From: a virus
Lineage: Duplodnaviria > Heunggongvirae > Uroviricota > Caudoviricetes
IMG/VR virus record: IMGVR_UViG_2778261576_000004
Coordinates: 1 to 41,372 of that record
DNA: 41,372 nucleotides
Direction: 5' to 3' (one strand)
The position numbers and the translations under genes were made by a program. The notes below the pieces were generated by a model, which saw only the letters and a list, made by a program, of their open reading frames with translations, did not search any database and had not been told where the DNA came from. Below, piece by piece: positions 35,104 through 41,372 of the stretch (position 1 is its first letter; every line of letters begins with the position of its first letter).

Positions 35104-35361
35104 TTATCTGGTTTGTTTACGTAATTGTTCGGCACAATAGTCGAGATGTGTTTGCAGATCCCGCATAGACATCTGTGAGCTGGTGACGTAGTTAATCAGT
35201 GCAGTCAGTTCGGCAAGTGGGCCATCGACATTAAATCCATCCTTATCGAGCTCCCGGAGTAATTTCATCAAGTGCGATCCCTCCACCAGTGATCTGACGC
35301 CTCCCGGCGTGTGAATCCTTTCGGTAAATCCGTCTTCCAGTGGATAGTGATACTGCTGCAT
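35104..35361 (-). CDS. Small protein homologous to the antirepressor C-terminal domain
   Basis: ...TPGGVRSLVEGSHLMKLLRELDKDGFNVDGPLAELTALINYV... aligns by eye with ...[42 protein letters not shown]... of the antirepressor; ATG 35361 with GGAGAA SD (ORF-track TTG at 35379). Confidence 0.45.
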   Translation of the reverse strand: MQQYHYPLEDGFTERIHTPGGVRSLVEGSHLMKLLRELDKDGFNVDGPLAELTALINYVTSSQMSMRDLQTHLDYCAEQLRKQTR

Positions 35362-35437
35362 CTTATCTTCTCCATGCAATAACTGTATATTTATACAGTA
35401 TCAAATAATTTGTTTGCTATCCAGCACGTTTTGAAAA

Positions 35438-35502
35438 TTACCTGAAAGGTAATATATATTCGTATTTACAGCCTTTCTATCCATATGTGGTTTTACAGGT
35501 AA
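35438..35502. promoter_or_regulatory. Palindrome (35438-35452) plus TATGTGGTT box (35484-35492) and GGTAATA in the divergent region upstream of the tailspike gene
   Basis: TTACCTGAAAGGTAA is identical to the copy upstream of the portal operon. Confidence 0.45.
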
Positions 35503-35556
35503 TAGAATAACCAGATATGCGGCGCAACGGGTGCTGCGACTATCTGGAGATTTAAC

Positions 35557-37686
35557 ATGACGGTCTCAACCGAAGTTGACCACAACGAATACACAGGTAA
35601 CGGCGTTACGACATCGTTTCCGTATACTTTTCGAATTTTCAGAAAATCAGACCTGGTTGTTCAGGTGTCTGACCTGAACGGGAACGTAACAGAATTGGTC
35701 CTGGATACCGGTTATACGGTAACTGGGGCGGGCACTTATAGTGGCGGTTCTGTGGTTCTTCCGTCTCCTCTTGCTGCTGGCTGGCGAATTACGATAGATC
35801 GTGTGCTTGATGTAGTGCAGGAGACAGACCTTCGCAATCAGGGAAAATTTTTCCCCGAAGTGCATGAAGATGCTTTTGACTACCTGACGATGCTGATCCA
35901 GCAATGTTTTGGGTGGTTCAGACGTGCATTGATGAAACCATCTTTGCTTGCAAAATATTACGATGCAAAGCAAAACAGAATTTCTAACCTTGCAGATCCA
36001 TCACTTGAGCTTGACGCTGTAAATAATCGCTCAATGCGTAATTATGTCGATGCTGCAATCGCCGGGGTTGTTGGTGGTTTTGGTTGGTTTATTCAGTATG
36101 GTTCTGGGGCAGTATACCGAACGTTCCAGGATAAGATGAGAGACACCATTAGTGTTCGTGATTTTGGTGCAAAAGGAGACGGCATAACAGATGATACTGT
36201 AGCAATTCAAAATGCTATTAATGCAGTACCAGAAGGGGCTATACTTGGATTTTATGGTGGTGAATTTGTTTTTGATAAGGTTGAATTGTTTAAGCCAATA
36301 ACATTAGTTGGTGATGCAACGTTAATTCACAACGGATTTAGAATAAAATCTAGCAGAATCCGATCGCTTTTATCTGGCGTTCAGAAATGCAAGGATTACT
36401 CCGAGTCTTCAAGAGCATTTTATTGCTATGCAAATGAAGACCAAAGAGATTATGACGATATTCAGATTTTATTTAATAGATTTGAAGGTTTCTTTTACTC
36501 TACGGCATTTGTTGCAAAAAACTATTATTTGGAGAATGACCCTAATTCAAGAACTGTCAAAAACACAAAAGTAATAGGGTGTACATCAGTTGCTCCTGAT
36601 TCTGTAAATGCCGGTCATTTTCAACATATAGGCGTTACAAATGCTGAAACATCACATAACTCAACTTATGGCGGACAAAATGCAACATCATACAACTTCA
36701 TTAACCAGAATGGATTTGTAAGGATTATAGGAAATTATGACCATAACAATAGCTATGGTTCATGTGAGCTTGAGAACTCAATGGTGAGCAACTCAGTTAT
36801 ATCAGGTAATACGTTTTCGTCATATTTATGGGTGGATGATACAAGTAATGTTACTATTTCTGGAAATACCGTTTCATCAAGGATCAAAGTAACATCGCAA
36901 ACTGACGATGTTCATAATATAACCATATCAGCAAATACCACAAAACGGATTACTATAGAGCAATTTGGAGAATCTCCGACAGGTCTGGTATATGGTGCAT
37001 TAATTTCCTGTAACACTATTACTGGCGACAGTGATGGAAGTTCAGACATTTTATGTACGTCACTTGTTACAGGTGAGATTTCATCAAATTATTGTCATGG
37101 ATCAGAAAAAAATATATCAATTGTCCGCCTGGATTCTTCTGATATAACTGTTAGAAACAATAAAGGAAACAAAGGATTACTTACAATAAGTAACGATGGT
37201 GGAAGGATAATTGAATATGGCAATGATTCTATGGTTCTGTCTGGAAGCATAGATAGCAGACATATACATAATTTATTACATCCAGACACATCGTATTTAG
37301 ATCTACCGGGGAAATATCTGCACGGAACTAAATATACTGGCAGTATCCCCCCCGGTTCCACAGGAACTGTATCACTTCAAATACCATCAGGGGCAAGCCT
37401 TGTTTTCAGGGGTGTTTCTATATGGGTTCTAATTAGAGATGTTAGCAATAACAATATATCGTCATTCAGAATTGATGGTTCATATAGAGTTGTTGGTGGA
37501 AGTGTTGGTCTTAGTTTTGCTGATGCTTATTCGAAACTCGGGGTGGATGCAAACTCTATAACAGTGTCAAACAATAACAGCACTTCTGACAATATCAGCA
37601 TAGCAATTAAAAACACAGATTCATCAAAAACCCTTCAGGTTACTGTTATGCCGGAGGTTTCAAGCAGGTTAGGTATTGAGGAATAG
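35557..37686 (+). CDS. Tailspike/tail fiber with T7 gp17-like N-terminal adaptor and pectate-lyase-like beta-helix domain
   Basis: N-terminal 130 aa resembles the gp17 tail-attachment domain as recalled; VRDFGAKGDGITDDTVAIQNAI is the signature start of right-handed beta-helix depolymerases; C-terminal two-thirds are AT-rich. Confidence 0.8.
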   Translation: MTVSTEVDHNEYTGNGVTTSFPYTFRIFRKSDLVVQVSDLNGNVTELVLDTGYTVTGAGTYSGGSVVLPSPLAAGWRITIDRVLDVVQETDLRNQGKFFPEVHEDAFDYLTMLIQQCFGWFRRALMKPSLLAKYYDAKQNRISNLADPSLELDAVNNRSMRNYVDAAIAGVVGGFGWFIQYGSGAVYRTFQDKMRDTISVRDFGAKGDGITDDTVAIQNAINAVPEGAILGFYGGEFVFDKVELFKPITLVGDATLIHNGFRIKSSRIRSLLSGVQKCKDYSESSRAFYCYANEDQRDYDDIQILFNRFEGFFYSTAFVAKNYYLENDPNSRTVKNTKVIGCTSVAPDSVNAGHFQHIGVTNAETSHNSTYGGQNATSYNFINQNGFVRIIGNYDHNNSYGSCELENSMVSNSVISGNTFSSYLWVDDTSNVTISGNTVSSRIKVTSQTDDVHNITISANTTKRITIEQFGESPTGLVYGALISCNTITGDSDGSSDILCTSLVTGEISSNYCHGSEKNISIVRLDSSDITVRNNKGNKGLLTISNDGGRIIEYGNDSMVLSGSIDSRHIHNLLHPDTSYLDLPGKYLHGTKYTGSIPPGSTGTVSLQIPSGASLVFRGVSIWVLIRDVSNNNISSFRIDGSYRVVGGSVGLSFADAYSKLGVDANSITVSNNNSTSDNISIAIKNTDSSKTLQVTVMPEVSSRLGIEE

Positions 37687-37762
37687 CATCATATATAATT
37701 ATTTTAATGTTAATGCCGTCTTCTTGTTGGCGGCTTATTTGTGAAAATGGAATGAGTTATTT

Positions 37763-38062
37763 ATGATGAATATAGAAGTTGATATAACACCAATTCTTCA
37801 CGCACTTTGCGCTGTTGTCGCACAAGTTCTGGTTGGTCTTTTTACCGGAAACTGGGTTTACGGTGCGATAGCTGGTTGTACGTTCTTCATTGCGCGTGAA
37901 CACGCCCAGGCAGAATATCGCTGGATAGAAAAGTTTGGGAAAGGGAAACGTATCAACATGCCGTGGTGGGGAGGTTTTGATCCGCGCGCATGGGATGTTG
38001 GAAGCCTGTTTGACTTTGTTGTTCCTGTTACTGTTTGTTTTTGTGTTTATTTCTCTATTTGA
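37763..38062 (+). CDS. Hypothetical membrane protein
   Basis: 99 aa with hydrophobic segments at both ends; between tailspike and lysis genes. Confidence 0.35.
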   Translation: MMNIEVDITPILHALCAVVAQVLVGLFTGNWVYGAIAGCTFFIAREHAQAEYRWIEKFGKGKRINMPWWGGFDPRAWDVGSLFDFVVPVTVCFCVYFSI

Positions 38063-38284
38063 CTGCTACCGCGCCATTTGATGGTGCGGAATTCAACTAA
38101 TCCTCTATATTTTGAATCATTTCTGTACTGCAATCTCTTCAGAGTTATGTAAAAGGCAAGCCTTATTATCGACATGAAAGGAAGGGGATTGACAATGCAT
38201 GGGTAACAAAAAACCATAAATGGTTTATCATGCGTAATGCCTTTACTATTCAGGAGGTAGTTATGCATATAAACGGTGGAAAAC

Positions 38285-38689
38285 ATGTCAGCTCAACTAA
38301 CCAGTGAAACTTTAAATCAGTGGCTTAGCATGAGTTCTCTGGCGGCGGTGATAGCAGGAGTTCCTCCTGAGGTTGCTTTGGGGGCTTTGGCTGGGGCGGT
38401 AATTTTTGTTACCTCTGCGGTAGAGTATCCTATTCGTCGTCGTGTACTCTTGTCGATGCTTAGCTTTCTCTGCGGCCTTCTTTTTTATAAACCAGCAGCA
38501 TCAATTCTTATCGGCATAGCCAGCCTGATCCCTACCATCACGCAGGACTCTTTTGAAAAAGGGATTGTTTTCTCAGCTGGCGCATTCGTGTCAGCAATTG
38601 TTGCTGTGCGTATTGGTATATGGCTCTATCACCGTTCCGATAATCCACGCGAGTTAATTCCGGGGAGAAAAGACGATGGTAACGCATGA
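38285..38689 (+). CDS. Putative holin or holin-associated membrane protein
   Basis: Multiple predicted transmembrane segments; immediately upstream of the second membrane protein and endolysin. Start ambiguous (GTG 38276 or ATG 38285); a 14-codon uORF with strong AGGAGG SD starts at 38263. Confidence 0.4.
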   Translation: MSAQLTSETLNQWLSMSSLAAVIAGVPPEVALGALAGAVIFVTSAVEYPIRRRVLLSMLSFLCGLLFYKPAASILIGIASLIPTITQDSFEKGIVFSAGAFVSAIVAVRIGIWLYHRSDNPRELIPGRKDDGNA

Positions 38690-38984
38690 GTTTTTTTTGC
38701 TTATCACCAATGCAGTTATTTGTACTGGCATAGCAATTCGCGTTGTCACATTCCGGCGTAACGGCTCTCAACATCGAAGATGGGGAGGGTGGCTTGCTTA
38801 TTTCCTTATTGTTGCTGCGGCCAGTATTCCTGTTCGTGTCGTCTATGCAATCTGGTTACGCACGCCAATGGCTGTGGATTTATCTGAGGTCATTATCAAC
38901 GCTGTCATGCTTGCCGCGGTTATTAAAACACGCGGTAACGTTGTTCAGATTTTCAAAATATCGAGGTCTAAACATGGAGATTAA
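38676..38984 (+). CDS. Putative holin (three hydrophobic segments)
   Basis: 102 aa, start overlaps the upstream gene and end overlaps the endolysin start. Confidence 0.4.
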   Translation: MVTHEFFLLITNAVICTGIAIRVVTFRRNGSQHRRWGGWLAYFLIVAAASIPVRVVYAIWLRTPMAVDLSEVIINAVMLAAVIKTRGNVVQIFKISRSKHGD

Positions 38985-39603
38985 ACAATTCCAGCGAGCT
39001 GCTGGTATTAGCGAGTCGCTGGCCGCACGCTGGTTCTCGCATATAACTTCTGCGATGAAAGAGTTTGGTATCAGCAAAGCAGAAGATCAGGCAATGTTTA
39101 TTGCTCAGGTCGGGCATGAGTCTGGGGGCTTCACCCGGTTGCAGGAGAATTTCAACTACAGCGTCAGCGGACTGGCTAACTTTGTTCGGGCTGGGCGTCT
39201 CACTCAGGGACAGGCCAACGCATTGGGGCGACGCGCAGGCGAACCACCATTGCCACTTGAGCGCCAGAGAGCGATTGCCAATCTGGTGTACAGCAAACGC
39301 ATGGGGAACAATGCCCCCGGCGATGGCTGGAATTACCGTGGCCGCGGACTTATCCAGATTACCGGTTTGAATAACTATCGTGATTGCGGAAACGGCCTGA
39401 AAGTGGACCTGCTGGAGAATCCTGAACTGTTGGCGCAGGACGAATACGCGGCTCGTAGCGCGGCGTGGTTTTTTGCCAGCAAAGGCTGCATGAAGTATAC
39501 CGGTGATATTGCACGTGTAACTCTGATTATCAATGGTGGCAGGAATGGCATCGACGACCGGCGCGCGCGGTACGTCACTGCCAGTAAGGTGCTGGCTGTA
39601 TGA
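38974..39603 (+). CDS. Endolysin, glycoside hydrolase family 19 (chitinase-like)
   Basis: [12 protein letters not shown]...[15 protein letters not shown]...INGG motifs characteristic of GH19 phage endolysins; no signal peptide; ATG 38974 with GAGG SD. Confidence 0.85.
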   Translation: MEIKQFQRAAGISESLAARWFSHITSAMKEFGISKAEDQAMFIAQVGHESGGFTRLQENFNYSVSGLANFVRAGRLTQGQANALGRRAGEPPLPLERQRAIANLVYSKRMGNNAPGDGWNYRGRGLIQITGLNNYRDCGNGLKVDLLENPELLAQDEYAARSAAWFFASKGCMKYTGDIARVTLIINGGRNGIDDRRARYVTASKVLAV

Positions 39604-40082
39604 TCTGGTCATTCGTAAAAGCATACCGTAAACAGTTGATTATCATGGCGGTGCTTGCTGTTCTGGTCATATCAGGAGTTGTTGCCTGGAATGTGCACGG
39701 CAGTCGTCAGTACGACGCTGGGTATGCACAGGCGAAAGAAGACCGCAAAACCGAAGATGAGAGAGTTCGTCAGCACTACGAACAGGAGAAATCGATCAAT
39801 GAACGTGAAGCGCAGCAGAGGATCGACCAGGCGCGCAATGATGCTCTTGATGCTGCCGCTCGCGCTGGCCGGTTGCAGCAACAGCTCGTTGCCATCCGTG
39901 AGCAGCTCAGGCAGTATAACGCCATTGTCGGCGCTGGGACGTCAGCCGCAGACACCGGAGTTTTGCTTGCCGACGTGCTCAGTAAATCTCTCGAGAGAAA
40001 CAGACAACTGGCAGAGTATGCTGACCGGGCAGCCGAAGCCGGAAGAGTCTGTGAAAAACAGTACGACACCCTGACCAGATAG
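39600..40082 (+). CDS. Rz: Rz-like inner-membrane spanin (i-spanin)
   Basis: N-terminal transmembrane segment [18 protein letters not shown] followed by a Gln/Arg/Ala-rich coiled coil; start overlaps the endolysin stop; contains an embedded +1-frame lipoprotein ORF. Confidence 0.75.
   Translation: MIWSFVKAYRKQLIIMAVLAVLVISGVVAWNVHGSRQYDAGYAQAKEDRKTEDERVRQHYEQEKSINEREAQQRIDQARNDALDAAARAGRLQQQLVAIREQLRQYNAIVGAGTSAADTGVLLADVLSKSLERNRQLAEYADRAAEAGRVCEKQYDTLTR
39838..40074 (+). CDS. Rz1: Rz1-like outer-membrane lipoprotein spanin (o-spanin), embedded in Rz
   Basis: +1-frame ORF wholly inside Rz: [13 protein letters not shown] with an L-A-G-C lipobox, then a Pro/Ser-rich periplasmic segment. Confidence 0.6.
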   Translation: MMLLMLPLALAGCSNSSLPSVSSSGSITPLSALGRQPQTPEFCLPTCSVNLSRETDNWQSMLTGQPKPEESVKNSTTP

Positions 40083-40237
40083 CATGGCATTTTTCATGGT
40101 ACTGATTTCCGGTGACGGTATATAAAACGGTACGAGGAAAATTGAGCTTTGGAAAAACGTTATCACTCAATTGGTTATGGTGCCAGTAAATAATTGAGTG
40201 GGAATGATTTTGATCCCTGCACTATGAATGAACAAAA

Positions 40238-40264
40238 CCCTCTGTTACTACAGAGGGTTTTTTA
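40238..40264 (+). terminator. Rho-independent terminator after the lysis cassette
   Basis: CCCTCTGT-TACT-ACAGAGGG hairpin flanked by an A-run upstream and T7 downstream (usable on both strands). Confidence 0.6.
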
Positions 40265-40301
40265 TCTTCAAGAATTATAGGCTTGAAGTTACTTACATCG
40301 A

Positions 40302-40841
40302 TTAATTAAACCAGCTGTCCGATTTGTTCTCTTCTGCTTTGCCCACGCTTTTCATCAGATCGCGACCGCCTTCAGTCATATTTCTGTTTGCGTCAGCTTC
40401 AGATTGCACCACATCGGTTTGCGCAGCTTTGTGCTTCAGTTCCTGATCGATAAATTCGTTTTCGCGCTTAACGCGGGCTTCTTCTTTCGCCAGTGCCAGT
40501 TTTTGTTTCTGAATCTCTAAGCTGCGTAGCTCATCTTCATAACTTTGATCGCGTTTTTTGTCCGCAGTGGCTTCGGCGTCCAGTTTATCCTGACGAGCTT
40601 TCTTATTTGCCGCTGCCGTTGCCGCTCTTTTATTAGCCGCGGCCTGGGCGTTTGCGCGACGTTGCTTCTCTTGCTGGATTTCCCTGTTGCGCTCCGCGAC
40701 CCATTCGTCATGCTGCCTTTGCTCTTCATTTTTACCTTGCTGTTCCGCTTCTGCGACAGCCGAGAGTTGATCCTGCAATGATGAGGCGATAGCCGGATAG
40801 CTAAAGGAGGCTAAGATGGCGCAAAGAAAAACTTTCTTCAT
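40302..40841 (-). CDS. Secreted periplasmic coiled-coil protein
   Basis: Signal-peptide-like N-terminus MKKVFLCAILASFSYPAIA; Lys/Glu/Ala/Gln-rich helical body; family not confidently recognised. Confidence 0.45.
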   Translation of the reverse strand: MKKVFLCAILASFSYPAIASSLQDQLSAVAEAEQQGKNEEQRQHDEWVAERNREIQQEKQRRANAQAAANKRAATAAANKKARQDKLDAEATADKKRDQSYEDELRSLEIQKQKLALAKEEARVKRENEFIDQELKHKAAQTDVVQSEADANRNMTEGGRDLMKSVGKAEENKSDSWFN

Positions 40842-40856
40842 GACTCCTCCTGATTA

Positions 40857-41372
40857 TTAGCTCTTTTCAGGACATTTGGTATTTGGCTGAATACGCGTTT
40901 CGTTATACGTCGTGGTAATAACAACGGCTAAACCTGTCGTAAACTGGCACTCTTTACCCACCTGGGTGGAGGTATACACTTTGGTGCCTTCCTTATACGT
41001 TAGAGAAACACCTTCCACTAAGGTTTTATCATTCACCATAGAACCCGCTGCCGCGCCAACAGCTCCGCCGCCAACTGCACCTGCCGTCGTTCCGGAATTG
41101 CTGCCAGACCCCACGTTGTGGCCGATTACACCGCCAGCGACTGCACCAATAAGCGCGCCGAAGGCTTGTGCGTTTCGTTTATTTTGGGAGTTGTCTACGG
41201 CAACTTTTGCGGGAAGAATGGAAATAATATTAACGGTTTTAGTTTCTTGTTTGGTATTCAGTTGATCGGTTTGATAAACATCGGCGGCATGATCATCAGC
41301 ATTTGACTGGCATCCTGCCAGAGTGAATGACGCTAACATTGCCACAGGCAGAAGACATTTTTTAAATTTCAT
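40857..41372 (-). CDS. Glycine-zipper lipoprotein (SlyB/17-kDa-antigen-like)
   Basis: Lipobox LAGC after a signal peptide; Gly/Ala-rich glycine-zipper segment (GALIGAVAGGVIGHNVGSG...AVGGGAVGAAAG); start codon is the last triplet of the window. Confidence 0.55.
   Translation of the reverse strand: MKFKKCLLPVAMLASFTLAGCQSNADDHAADVYQTDQLNTKQETKTVNIISILPAKVAVDNSQNKRNAQAFGALIGAVAGGVIGHNVGSGSNSGTTAGAVGGGAVGAAAGSMVNDKTLVEGVSLTYKEGTKVYTSTQVGKECQFTTGLAVVITTTYNETRIQPNTKCPEKS

Noticed and set aside
38968-39624. 218-aa minus-strand ORF opposite the endolysin
   Set aside because: Antisense to a gene with clear GH19 motifs; no independent support.
1-41372. CRISPR arrays, rRNA genes, IS elements or transposases
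   Set aside because: No regularly spaced short direct repeats with unique spacers, no rRNA-like sequence, and no transposase-like ORF or terminal inverted repeats were seen.

Overview
This 41.4-kb window reads as one near-complete temperate prophage with a lambdoid regulatory backbone and a T7-like short-tailed virion module, followed by two envelope-protein genes at the right edge. All calls come from reading the sequence and the ORF track by eye; no database search or folding program was run. Left to right: a P4-like tyrosine integrase (1-1251); a leftward early operon (MT-A70 adenine methyltransferase, AlpA/Xis-like protein, RecT and a PD-(D/E)XK exonuclease); an immunity region with a tandem-HTH repressor divergent from a Cro-like gene; O-like and P-like replication genes with iteron-like repeats inside O; a nin-like region with four ead/Ea22-like paralogs; terminase small and large subunits; a phage-borne tRNA-Arg(UCU); portal, scaffold, capsid, tail tubular A/B and four internal-virion-protein-like genes; an accessory island (32.2-35.5 kb) with an AntA-type antirepressor, a truncated paralog, a structured leader and several small or AT-rich orphan genes; a mosaic tailspike; and a lysis cassette (two membrane proteins, GH19 endolysin, embedded Rz/Rz1). 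The most striking signal is a 15-bp palindrome, TTACC-N5-GGTAA, present at least 12 times: at OL/OR-like positions around the repressor gene and also in front of replication, terminase, portal, tailspike and accessory genes. No Q- or N-type antiterminator, CRISPR array, rRNA or IS element was seen.
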